Shown here one piece after another: positions 1-9,409 of a stretch of DNA of 64,000 nt (within the stretch, counting starts at the first letter, position 1; each line of letters starts with the position of its first letter). The notes beneath the pieces are model-generated. The model did no database searches, was not told the DNA's origin, and saw nothing but the letters and a program-made list of their open reading frames with translations. The DNA comes from Alphaproteobacteria bacterium. GTDB lineage: Bacteria > Pseudomonadota > Alphaproteobacteria > Rs-D84. Made by a program: the position numbers and the translations under genes. The DNA lies in the NCBI GenBank assembly GCA_017535105.1, contig JAFXUI010000001.1, positions 80,945 to 144,944 on the forward strand, in the 5' to 3' direction.

Positions 1-424
1 CTTGCATATCGCGTGCCGGGTGATATGGCGGTGTATTTAATGCAGTAAAGTTGTGCCAATCATCTTCGACCTCTGGTCCGGTCCAAACTGTAAAACCAAA
101 AGATTCCAAAATAGTTGATAATTCATAAAGTGCCATTGTTAATGGGTGCAACGTTCCACGATTTTCCGGCATCGGATTAAGCGATGGGTCCAATTTTTCG
201 CCTTTTAATGCCGCCATTAAAACCGCGTTTTCAATTTCTGACTGGCGTTGACGGAACAATTCGCGCAGTTCGGTATTTTCAACATTTAACGCCGCACGTT
301 CATCATTACTTAAATCTTTCATTTGTTTAAGGCGCGCCGTCATTGTACCGTTTTTACCGAAAGTCGCGGTATACAACGCCTGGAGTTCTTCCAAAGTTTT
401 AATATTTTTTATCTTTTCCTGCAT
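1..424 (-). CDS. pheS: Phenylalanine--tRNA ligase alpha subunit, N-terminal part (gene runs off window start)
   Basis: Reverse-strand translation from ATG at 424-422 gives MQEKIKNIKTLEELQALYTATFGKNGTMTARLKQMKDLSNDERAALNVE...HPARDMQ, typical PheS N-terminus; canonical position downstream of rpmI-rplT. Confidence 0.8.
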   Translation of the reverse strand, partial: MQEKIKNIKTLEELQALYTATFGKNGTMTARLKQMKDLSNDERAALNVENTELRELFRQRQSEIENAVLMAALKGEKLDPSLNPMPENRGTLHPLTMALYELSTILESFGFTVWTGPEVEDDWHNFTALNTPPYHPARDMQ

Positions 425-436
425 CATTTACACCTT

Positions 437-475
437 TATAAAAAAACAAGACCGTCCTTGGACGGTCTTATTATT
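437..475 (-). terminator. Rho-independent terminator/attenuator between rplT and pheS
   Basis: Inverted repeat AAGACCGTCC-TTGG-GGACGGTCTT followed on minus strand by GTTTTTTTAT. Confidence 0.6.
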
Positions 476-502
476 ACAAAACAAAATACGTCCGCCAAGG
501 GT

Positions 503-871
503 TTATTTATTATCCCCTGCGCTAAATCGTTTTGCTGTATCAACCAATTTGATGAAGTTTTCGTCTGAATCATAGGCCATTTGTGCCAAAACCTTGCGGT
601 CCAGGGCAACACCCGCCTTTTTCAAACCATTCATAAATTGGCTGTATGTAAGTCCTTGTGAACGTACCGCGGCATTGATACGAACAATCCACAAACCACG
701 AAATTCACGTTTTTTAACGCGACGATCGCGATATGCGTATTGACCCGCTTTTTCGGTTTTTTCACGGGCGGCACGATATGTTGTGCTGTGACGACCCAGA
801 TAACCTTTGGCACGTGCCAAGATTTTATTGTGTTTTTGTTTAACGGTTGTTCCGCGTTTTACTCTTGCCAT
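503..871 (-). CDS. rplT: 50S ribosomal protein L20
   Basis: 122-aa [27 protein letters not shown]...; strong L20 signature, basic. Confidence 0.95.
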   Translation of the reverse strand: MARVKRGTTVKQKHNKILARAKGYLGRHSTTYRAAREKTEKAGQYAYRDRRVKKREFRGLWIVRINAAVRSQGLTYSQFMNGLKKAGVALDRKVLAQMAYDSDENFIKLVDTAKRFSAGDNK

Positions 872-887
872 AACTTGCCCCCTTTAC

Positions 888-1091
888 TTATTTCAAACCA
901 TACGGGGCCAAGATTTTTGCCTGACCGACCATGTTTTCGTTCAAATACTGTGGTTTCGAACCCGCGTTATTCGCACGTTTCGATTTATTACGCAGCAGTT
1001 TTTTGTGAGCATTTCTGGCAACGCGAATTTTTCCCGTCGCAGTCATAGATGCGCGCTTTTTCAAGTACGACTTTGTTTTTAATTTTGGCAT
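888..1091 (-). CDS. rpmI: 50S ribosomal protein L35
   Basis: 67 aa MPKLKTKSYLKKRASMTATGKIRVARNAHKK...; start ATG at 1091-1089 preceded by AGAGG; the ORF-track entry 888..1364 is an upstream over-extension. Confidence 0.9.
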   Translation of the reverse strand: MPKLKTKSYLKKRASMTATGKIRVARNAHKKLLRNKSKRANNAGSKPQYLNENMVGQAKILAPYGLK

Positions 1092-1229
1092 TTTAACCTC
1101 TTTTTTTAACAATCCTGGTGGCAGCCAATTGCCACTTTGGACATTCAACGGCTTGTATTTTGGCATAATAAAACAAAAAATCAAGTTTTTATTGAATGTT
1201 CGATTTTTAGTGTATAAACTGAAAAAACA

Positions 1230-2051
1230 ATGATAGAAAAATCGACATCTTCCAAAATGCTGACCCTTATAAAGTCTGCGATTGCGGCGGCTGTCCTTCC
1301 GATTTTGTTTATCTATATTATGATTGCCAAACCCGATTATCGCATTATGAACGGGCTGGCACACATTGTTTTACCGGTCGCAAATGTCGTTGGCGATATT
1401 ATCACGTGGCCCGTACGCATTGTTGGCAACACAATCGCCGATATTCACGAAATGTCCATATTGCGTTCTGAAAATGCCGAGTTGCGCGTACGTCTGGACG
1501 AAGCGATGAACCGCAACAATGCTTGCGATATTGCGATTGCCGAAAATGACTCTCTTGTACATCAAATTGGTATCGCACGTCAGATTCCACACCGAACAAT
1601 CATCGCCGATGTTATTCATGATAATCGCACACTGCACCACAATACCTTTATAATAAATCGTGGTAAAACAGATGGGGTTGATTCTGGAATGGTGGTTGTT
1701 TCGCCATCAAATCAATTTGCGGGGGTTGTTATTGATGCGGGTGAAAACTTTGCGCGGGTGCGTTCTGTCACAGATTCCGAAACAAACATCGCAATTCATA
1801 TCGCCGGGTACGAGGTTTATGGTTTTCTAACTGGTAATGCCTCACGTACACCAACGGTCGGACTGTTCAGTGACCCACAATTCAAACCCGCGAAAGACTT
1901 AACTTTGGTGACAAGTGGTATCAGTGGTGTTTTACCGTCTGGTATTTTTGTTGGAAAAATGAAAAACTCAACCGATGTTGATGTATTACAACCGGGTCGC
2001 TTGTCGCGTGTAATTGTATTAAAATTTGATACACCTTTGGAATACAGATGA
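1230..2051 (+). CDS. mreC: Rod shape-determining protein MreC
   Basis: 273 aa, N-terminal TM, coiled region ENAELRVRLDEA, C-terminal beta domain typical of MreC; followed by mreD-mrdA-rodA. Confidence 0.8.
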   Translation: MIEKSTSSKMLTLIKSAIAAAVLPILFIYIMIAKPDYRIMNGLAHIVLPVANVVGDIITWPVRIVGNTIADIHEMSILRSENAELRVRLDEAMNRNNACDIAIAENDSLVHQIGIARQIPHRTIIADVIHDNRTLHHNTFIINRGKTDGVDSGMVVVSPSNQFAGVVIDAGENFARVRSVTDSETNIAIHIAGYEVYGFLTGNASRTPTVGLFSDPQFKPAKDLTLVTSGISGVLPSGIFVGKMKNSTDVDVLQPGRLSRVIVLKFDTPLEYR

Positions 2052-2506
2052 AAGAAAACATTATAAAATCTTTGCGCACATTATTCCCGTTTTTGTCGGT
2101 GATATTTTTGTGGCGTTTAAGTATTCCGTTTTGGAACCCCGGTGGCATCTTGGCCATCATACCAATATTTTATTGTACCTTCATAAAACCAACACCGTGG
2201 TTTATGCCGTTTGGTTTAATCTTTTCTTTTTTGCTTGATTATAATTTGGGCGCACTGTGCTATTGGACAGCGCTGTATTGCCTGTGCTATGCGTTAAACG
2301 GATTTCAAAGTTTTATTGATATCCAGCATCGCGATTTTAATTCAATCGATATGTTTATGATATACATTGGTTTGGGGTTGGTGTTTTTTGTAATTGCCAA
2401 TCTGAACTGGACCACGTTTGGTCGAACAATTTGGTTGTTTATCTATATGACTGTGTTATATATGCCAATAACAAGAACCATTGACAGGGTAAAAAATGAT
2501 AGATAA
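2048..2506 (+). CDS. mreD: Rod shape-determining protein MreD (polytopic membrane protein)
   Basis: 152-aa hydrophobic ORF overlapping mreC stop (ATGA) and positioned between mreC and mrdA. Confidence 0.6.
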   Translation: MKENIIKSLRTLFPFLSVIFLWRLSIPFWNPGGILAIIPIFYCTFIKPTPWFMPFGLIFSFLLDYNLGALCYWTALYCLCYALNGFQSFIDIQHRDFNSIDMFMIYIGLGLVFFVIANLNWTTFGRTIWLFIYMTVLYMPITRTIDRVKNDR

Positions 2507-4271
2507 AGAAGTCGCCCGCACTTTTGATCGCCGCAGTGCCCTGTTTTTATCAGGGGGTGCGATTTTAACATCATTACTTGTTTTGCGTATGTTACAAATG
2601 CAGGTTTTTAACTATCGCGACTTCTTGAAAAAAAGCGAAAACAATTCTTTTCGTATTCAAATAAATATGCCGCAACGCGGAAGAATATTAGCAAATGATA
2701 ATTCACCAATATCGCGCGATGTGGCTATTTACCGCATATACATCGTTCCCGAAGAATCTGAAAACGTTGATGAATTGGTTGATATTGTCGCAAATGAATT
2801 ACACCTGCGCGAAAAAAGAATTAAACGCATCAGGGAAAAAATCGCAAAACAACCTGCGTTTCAACCGGTATTGGTGACACAAACAACCGATTGGAACAGA
2901 CTTGCGAAAATCCAGGCGAAAAACTTGCCGGGCCTGCGTGTTGCAAATGGATATTCACGCATATATGAATTGGGGGCGGCCGGTTCGCAATTTTTTGGAT
3001 ATGTTGGTGAACCCGCAAAGCCAATCGCCGCGGCACCATTTTATACAACGGGTATTTCGGGTCTTGAAAAAAGATATAACAATGATTTGGCGGGAACACC
3101 CGGACAAACCGTTATGATAACAAACGCACTTGGGCGTGTTACCGGCGAAGACAAAACACAATTTGTTGATTCAATTCCGGGCCTGGACGTAAAAACAACA
3201 ATCAATATGAATGTCCAACGGACATTATACACCGAATTAAATAAACATCGTTCGGGGTGTGGCGTTGTGCTGAATATCGAAAACGGCGATATATTGGCAA
3301 TGGTTTCGACCCCCAGTTTTGATCCGAACCTTTTTACATCGGACGATGGCGATGATTATATCGCCGCATTGCGTGATGATATTGCAAAACCATTTATGAA
3401 CAAAGCGGTCGAAGGTTTATATCCACCCGGCTCAACATTCAAAATTGTCGTTGCGTTGGCAGCGTTGGAATCGGGCGCTATATCGCCGAAAAAGTCTGTA
3501 TTTTGTCCGGGTCATTGGGACTATGGTGACCGCCGTTATCATTGCTGGGAACAAAAGGGTCACGGTTGGGTTGACTTGGCGCACGCCCTTAAACATTCTT
3601 GCGACATATATTTTTATCAATTGGCATTAAAGATTGGTATTGATGCGATTAAACGTATGGCGGTCAAACTGGGATTCACAGAAAAATATATGGGCGACAT
3701 TATTGCGCGCGAAATGCCGGGCGTTATCCCAGACAGACGGTGGAAAGAACGCAATGTTGGTGCAACATGGGTGAACGGCGATACGGTTATTTCCGGTATT
3801 GGCCAGGGATTTATCTTAACAAATTGTCTGCAACTGGCGACTATGCTGGCGCGCGTCACCACAAATCGCAAGGTTAAACCCCGCCTTATATGGTCTGAAA
3901 AAACACCTTCGTTTTCATCATTGAATATCAAAGAACAAAATATCAAGGCTGTTTTGACCGGATTGGAAGAAGTGTTAAAACCCGGTGGTACCGCATCTGG
4001 CAGCGCAATAAATGTTAAAGGGCTACGCATGGGCGGAAAAACTGGAACGTCCCAGGTGCGTACGATTTCCAAGGCCGAACGTAAAACAGGTGTTTTGACC
4101 AACGAGCAATTAAAATGGAGTATGCGTAACCACGGACTTTTTGTTGGATACGCACCAACGAACAATCCACGTTATGTTGTCGCGGTTATTACCGAACATT
4201 CGGGCGGATCGGGTCCGGCGGCAAAAACAACCGCGGCGGTTATGCGCGAATTATTAAAGACGGGGGCATAA
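2496..4271 (+). CDS. mrdA: Penicillin-binding protein 2 (peptidoglycan D,D-transpeptidase MrdA)
   Basis: 591 aa; TM anchor, STFK (SxxK), SCD (SxD as in PBP2 SAD), KTGT motifs. Confidence 0.9.
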   Translation: MIDKEVARTFDRRSALFLSGGAILTSLLVLRMLQMQVFNYRDFLKKSENNSFRIQINMPQRGRILANDNSPISRDVAIYRIYIVPEESENVDELVDIVANELHLREKRIKRIREKIAKQPAFQPVLVTQTTDWNRLAKIQAKNLPGLRVANGYSRIYELGAAGSQFFGYVGEPAKPIAAAPFYTTGISGLEKRYNNDLAGTPGQTVMITNALGRVTGEDKTQFVDSIPGLDVKTTINMNVQRTLYTELNKHRSGCGVVLNIENGDILAMVSTPSFDPNLFTSDDGDDYIAALRDDIAKPFMNKAVEGLYPPGSTFKIVVALAALESGAISPKKSVFCPGHWDYGDRRYHCWEQKGHGWVDLAHALKHSCDIYFYQLALKIGIDAIKRMAVKLGFTEKYMGDIIAREMPGVIPDRRWKERNVGATWVNGDTVISGIGQGFILTNCLQLATMLARVTTNRKVKPRLIWSEKTPSFSSLNIKEQNIKAVLTGLEEVLKPGGTASGSAINVKGLRMGGKTGTSQVRTISKAERKTGVLTNEQLKWSMRNHGLFVGYAPTNNPRYVVAVITEHSGGSGPAAKTTAAVMRELLKTGA

Positions 4272-4272
4272 A

Positions 4273-5421
4273 ATGCAACACGCTCAGACACGCGTTTCTA
4301 ATGCAGATATGATGCGGTTATCTGAAAAGATGTCGCGTTTTTCGTGGGCATTATTTGCGCCGGTATGTATTGTTTTGGCAATGTCCATTGTCGTGCTGTA
4401 TTCTGCGGGACACGGGTCGTGGCAACCGTTTGCTTTTTCACAACTGATGAAAATACTTTTGGGGTTGGTTGTATTTTTCTTTGTCTCATTATCAAATATT
4501 AAACCGTGGATAAAGTCTGCGTATCTTATATATGCCATTGCACTTATTATGATTATTCTTGTGACATTTGTCGGGCACACGGGTATGGGGGCGCAACGTT
4601 GGCTAAACCTTGGATTTATACACATACAGCCGTCCGAATTTATTAAAATCGCACTTGTTATGGCGTTGGCACGATATTTTGCGTGGATGAATTCCACCGA
4701 ACTTACCCAGATTAAACATTATATCATACCCGTATTTTTATTGCTTGTTCCGTTTGGTTTAATTGTAGCCCAACCCGATTTAGGAACCGCATTGTCATTG
4801 GCACTTATTACCGTTGGTGTATTTTATATTGTTGGTGCACCAAAAAAATGGTTTGCAATTGCGTTAATACTTGGGATATTGGCGGCGCCAGCGGTTTGGT
4901 TTGGCGGTATGCACGATTACCAGCGTGACCGAATAATTACATTTATCAACCCCGATTATGATGCGCGCGGAGTGGGGTACCAAATAACCCAGGCAAAAAT
5001 CGCATTTGGCAGTGGCGGCTTTACAGGCAAGGGTTATATGCAAGGCTCACAATCACAGCAATCGTTTTTACCAGAAAAACAAACAGATTTTATCTTCACA
5101 ATGCTTGGGGAAGAGTTTGGTTTTATCGGCGCATTATCACTGCTTATTTTGTACAGTTGGATAATCATTATACTGTTCTGGTGCGCCAAAACGTGCCGAA
5201 ATCGGTTTGGTCAATTAATGTGTTTCGGTTTTATGTTGAACTTTTTTATTTATTACTTTATAAATATTGCCATGGTTTTGGGACTGATGCCAACTGTGGG
5301 CGTGCCATTACCGCTTATGTCGTTCGGCGGCAGCAGTTTGCTTTCAATTATGTTTGGATTCGGACTTGCCCAAAACGCACATATTCATAAAGACCAACAA
5401 TTGTCTGCCAAAGGAAGTTAA
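4273..5421 (+). CDS. rodA: Peptidoglycan glycosyltransferase RodA (SEDS family)
   Basis: 382-aa polytopic protein of FtsW/RodA/SpoVE family immediately after mrdA. Confidence 0.9.
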   Translation: MQHAQTRVSNADMMRLSEKMSRFSWALFAPVCIVLAMSIVVLYSAGHGSWQPFAFSQLMKILLGLVVFFFVSLSNIKPWIKSAYLIYAIALIMIILVTFVGHTGMGAQRWLNLGFIHIQPSEFIKIALVMALARYFAWMNSTELTQIKHYIIPVFLLLVPFGLIVAQPDLGTALSLALITVGVFYIVGAPKKWFAIALILGILAAPAVWFGGMHDYQRDRIITFINPDYDARGVGYQITQAKIAFGSGGFTGKGYMQGSQSQQSFLPEKQTDFIFTMLGEEFGFIGALSLLILYSWIIIILFWCAKTCRNRFGQLMCFGFMLNFFIYYFINIAMVLGLMPTVGVPLPLMSFGGSSLLSIMFGFGLAQNAHIHKDQQLSAKGS

Positions 5422-5423
5422 AT

Positions 5424-7688
5424 ATGAATTTAATGATTGTTGAATCCCCATCAAAAGCAAAAACAATTGAAAAGTACCTGGGCAGCGGTTGGCGTGTTAT
5501 TGCATCGGTCGGTCATGTTCGTGATTTGGTACCCGAAAACGGTAGTGTTGATACCGAACACGACTTTCAAATGCGTTGGCAAATTATGCCGGGCAAAGAA
5601 AAACAATTAAAACTTATTACCGATGAATTGAAAAAAGCAGATGCAGTATATTTGGCATCCGATCCTGACCGTGAAGGAGAGGCAATTGCCTGGCACATTC
5701 TGGATATTTTGACATCTAAAAAATTATTGGCGAACAAACGCGTTTATCGTGTCGCTTTTCACGAAATCACTAAAAAAGCGGTCCAGGCCGCAATTGAAAA
5801 CCCGCGTGAGATTGACACAAACCTTGTTGACGCATATTTGGTACGGCGCGCATTGGACTATTTAATCGGGTTTAGTATTTCGCCATTACTGTGGCGGCGC
5901 AATCTGGGTAAATCGGCCGGCCGTGTACAAAGTGTTGCGGTAAAATTAGTTGTTGATCGTGAACGCGAAATTGAAGCATTCAAACCAACAGAATATTGGT
6001 CTGTGGATGCTGTATGTGGCATAAATGGTGCAACATTTAAATCTGCACTTACCAAATTCAATGGTAACAAGGTTGAAAAAATGACCATTGAAAATAAAAC
6101 AATGGTCGATGATATTTTATCAAAAATCGGTACACCGATTATACTGGCACACGTTGTGAACATTGAACGCAAGAAAACAACACGTCACAGCGCGGCACCA
6201 TTTACCACCAGCACGTTACAACAGGAAGCCGCCCGTAAATTATACTTTTCATCAAAGCGCACAATGGCTGCGGCCCAGAAGTTGTATGAAGCAGGCTTTA
6301 TTACATATATGCGTACGGACGCGACAAATTTGTCGGTGGACGCAGTGAACGACATTCGTACATACATAAATAATACATACGGTGAAAAGTTTGTTCCAAA
6401 ATCACCAAATGTTTATGTCACCAAATCTAAAAACGCCCAAGAAGCACACGAAGCAATCCGTCCAACCCATTTTGATAATGATGCGCCTAATTTGTCTGGG
6501 GACGAAGCAAAATTGTATGACTTAATCTGGAAGCGCACAATTGCGTGCCAAATGACAATGGCCGAATTTGATTCTGTCACCGCCGATATTGAAACAGATA
6601 ACAGGGTGGCGATTTTCCATGCGGTTGGTACAACCCGTACATTTGACGGCTTTATGCGTGTTTATATCGAAGATACCGATGATGAAGAATCTGATGGCGA
6701 AACGAAATTACCACCAATGAATATCGGTGATGAAATTGCAATATCGGAACTTCTTCACGAACAACACTTTACTCAACCGCCGGCAAGATATACCGAAGCG
6801 TCCCTGGTTAAAAAATTGGAAGAATTGGGTATTGGTCGTCCATCAACATACGCAACAATTATGTCAACGATTGTTGACCGCGACTATGTTGAACAGGATA
6901 AACAACACCGTTTTCACGCAACACCGGGTGGCTGGGTAATCGCATCTTATCTGGATAAATACTTTAACGAATTGGTTGATGTGAACTTTACCGCAAAAAC
7001 CGAAGATACCTTGGACGATGTTTCCAACGGAAAAACAGACAAATTGGACGCACTTACGGCTTTCTGGAATCCGACAAAAACAATGATTGATGGCGCGCGT
7101 GGCATAACCACAACCGAAATCATTGATCAAATAAACCACTTTATGCATGAACACCTGTTCAATGACGGTAATGACAAATGCCCATTGTGTGGTGGCAAAC
7201 TGGGAATTAAATTATCAAAGTTTGGCGCGTTCATCGGTTGTGAAAATTATCCGAAATGTAATTACACTAAAAAATTGGGCGTATCTGAAAATACCACGCA
7301 CAGCGATGAACAAGAAACTAAAAAACCACAGTTTACTAATGTTGATTTGGGCGATGGTATTTCGTTCCGCGTTGGAAAATTTGGCCCATACGTCACAAAC
7401 GGTGTAAAAAATGTATCGGCGAAAAAATATACGGCTGACACAATGACACTGGAAATAGCGCGCGAATTGTTATCGGCCGACACTAAAAAGGCTGAACCCG
7501 AAAAATTGGGTAAAAACCCAGTAACGAATGCGGAAATATATTATTACCCAACAGGTCGCTATGGCGCATACATATCATCAAATCGTGTAAATGTTTCGGT
7601 CAACGATAAACCAGACCTGGAAACCGCGATTGATTTGATAAACAACAAAAAACCAAGTTCACGTAAATTTATCCGGCACAAAAAATAA
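5424..7688 (+). CDS. topA: DNA topoisomerase I
   Basis: 754 aa; MNLMIVESPSKAKTIEKYLG Toprim start, active-site region, C-terminal C4 zinc ribbon CPLCGG...CENYPKC. Confidence 0.95.
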   Translation: MNLMIVESPSKAKTIEKYLGSGWRVIASVGHVRDLVPENGSVDTEHDFQMRWQIMPGKEKQLKLITDELKKADAVYLASDPDREGEAIAWHILDILTSKKLLANKRVYRVAFHEITKKAVQAAIENPREIDTNLVDAYLVRRALDYLIGFSISPLLWRRNLGKSAGRVQSVAVKLVVDREREIEAFKPTEYWSVDAVCGINGATFKSALTKFNGNKVEKMTIENKTMVDDILSKIGTPIILAHVVNIERKKTTRHSAAPFTTSTLQQEAARKLYFSSKRTMAAAQKLYEAGFITYMRTDATNLSVDAVNDIRTYINNTYGEKFVPKSPNVYVTKSKNAQEAHEAIRPTHFDNDAPNLSGDEAKLYDLIWKRTIACQMTMAEFDSVTADIETDNRVAIFHAVGTTRTFDGFMRVYIEDTDDEESDGETKLPPMNIGDEIAISELLHEQHFTQPPARYTEASLVKKLEELGIGRPSTYATIMSTIVDRDYVEQDKQHRFHATPGGWVIASYLDKYFNELVDVNFTAKTEDTLDDVSNGKTDKLDALTAFWNPTKTMIDGARGITTTEIIDQINHFMHEHLFNDGNDKCPLCGGKLGIKLSKFGAFIGCENYPKCNYTKKLGVSENTTHSDEQETKKPQFTNVDLGDGISFRVGKFGPYVTNGVKNVSAKKYTADTMTLEIARELLSADTKKAEPEKLGKNPVTNAEIYYYPTGRYGAYISSNRVNVSVNDKPDLETAIDLINNKKPSSRKFIRHKK

Positions 7689-7692
7689 GTAA

Positions 7693-9324
7693 ATGGCAAA
7701 GACATATAACAACAACTTCACAGATGAATTGCGGCAACGTTTATCAATTGTCGATGTTATATCACGCCGCGTGCCACTTACGAAAAAAGGCCAAAATTTT
7801 TGGGGCTGCTGCCCATTTCATAGTGAAAAAACCCCGTCTTTTTCAGTAAGTGAAGATAAGGGTTTTTACCATTGCTTTGGTTGTGGTGAACATGGCGACA
7901 TTATTTCATTCACAATGAAATCTGAAAATGTCGATTTCAAAACAGCAATTCGCGAATTGGCCGATATGGCTGGAATAAAGGTTCCAGAATACAAACCAAA
8001 AGATGCGGCAACCGTTGCACGCGAAGAATCTTATGTAAAAATCACAGATGATGCCGCAACTGCTTTCCAGAAAAAATTATTTGAGCCCGCAGGCACGCAC
8101 GCACTGGAATACATTCGTGGTCGTGGCTTTACCGACGAAATGATTAAAAAGTACAGACTCGGTTATGCGCCAAAGAATAATTTGATATCCGGTACATTCA
8201 CGAACGTAAAGCCTGATGCCTTGATTGCAACTGGACTTGTCCGCCGTGGCGATTATGGGCTGTATGATTTCTTTCGTGATAAATTAATGTTCCCGATTTT
8301 TAATGCGCACGGCCAGGTTGTCGCGTTTTCAGGCCGGTCATTGGACGGTTCGGAACCAAAATATATCAACACGACCGATACCGAAATGTTTCACAAGCGG
8401 CAAACAATATTTGGCTTTAACTTTGCGCGTGAGGCTATCCACCGTGCAAATCGCTCTATTGTGGTTGAGGGGCAAATAGACGCAATCCAAATGCAATGTA
8501 ACGGTTTTGGTGAAACTGTCGCGCCATTGGGCACGGCACTGACCGAAGATCACATCGCGCTTTTGTGCAAGGCGAACCGTAATATCACATTTTGCTTTGA
8601 TGGTGATGCCGCCGGACAAAAGGCGGCGGTGCGCGCCTGTAATATAGTGTTGCCATTTTTGCGCGATAACTCGGACGTTCGGTTTGCATTTGTGACGGGT
8701 GGCAAAGACCCCGATGAAGTGTTAAAGACGGGTGGGGCGATTGCCATGCGCAAAATTATTGACGGCGCAACACCAATAATCGACTTTTTATGGGACACAA
8801 CTAATAAAAGTTATTTAATATCTACACCGGGCGGACGGACCCAGGCTGAAAAGTTCCTTAAATCCCAGATTGAAAAAATCACTGACATTGAATTCCGGCG
8901 CGAAATTGAAAACGAATACAACTCTCGCAAGTTCAATCAATGGCACAAATGGAAAAAGAACGCCGACACAACGCCGGCGGTCGATTTACCCGCGGTTGAC
9001 GACATAACAAAAAACACCCTTATATATATTGTCGCACATTTCCCAGACGTTGTTGAAAAATACGGCGACTTTTTATCATCATTAAACATTGACTTTGATA
9101 CGGACGCGGGCGCGGAATTAAAATTTGATGCGATGGCGGCTGAACGATATGTCGTGTCACTTAAACTGCAACGTTATATACAAAAATTAAATAATGACAA
9201 AAAAGCGGCGGTGCAATCTATGCTGGCCGGCGATGTTGGCGCGGGTGCGTTGGTTGACAAAATAAATGTCGATATTGCCACCGCAAATGACAAACTTGAA
9301 CAACTTTTAAATGCCGACTTGTAA
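7693..9324 (+). CDS. dnaG: DNA primase
   Basis: 543 aa; CHC2 zinc finger CCPFHSEKTPSFSV...YHCFGCGEHGD, Toprim domain. Confidence 0.95.
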   Translation: MAKTYNNNFTDELRQRLSIVDVISRRVPLTKKGQNFWGCCPFHSEKTPSFSVSEDKGFYHCFGCGEHGDIISFTMKSENVDFKTAIRELADMAGIKVPEYKPKDAATVAREESYVKITDDAATAFQKKLFEPAGTHALEYIRGRGFTDEMIKKYRLGYAPKNNLISGTFTNVKPDALIATGLVRRGDYGLYDFFRDKLMFPIFNAHGQVVAFSGRSLDGSEPKYINTTDTEMFHKRQTIFGFNFAREAIHRANRSIVVEGQIDAIQMQCNGFGETVAPLGTALTEDHIALLCKANRNITFCFDGDAAGQKAAVRACNIVLPFLRDNSDVRFAFVTGGKDPDEVLKTGGAIAMRKIIDGATPIIDFLWDTTNKSYLISTPGGRTQAEKFLKSQIEKITDIEFRREIENEYNSRKFNQWHKWKKNADTTPAVDLPAVDDITKNTLIYIVAHFPDVVEKYGDFLSSLNIDFDTDAGAELKFDAMAAERYVVSLKLQRYIQKLNNDKKAAVQSMLAGDVGAGALVDKINVDIATANDKLEQLLNADL

Positions 9325-9353
9325 TTTTTTCTTTTTCCCCCTTAATTTTTTTC

Positions 9354-9383
9354 TTGTACAAGTGGCGCTTTTTATGGTATAAT
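9354..9383 (+). promoter_or_regulatory. Sigma70-like promoter with extended -10 (TTGTAC -35, TGgTATAAT)
   Basis: TTGTAC at 9354-9359, 18-nt spacer, TGg+TATAAT at 9375-9383; AAGGAG RBS at 9397-9402. Confidence 0.5.
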
Positions 9384-9409
9384 GAATAACAATTGAAAGG
9401 AGAATGTCG

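Noticed and set aside
4284-4697. 137-aa antisense ORF within rodA; similar antisense ORFs within topA, dnaG, virB4, gyrB, uvrB, ychF
   Set aside because: Embedded in strongly supported conserved genes; no RBS or homology signal
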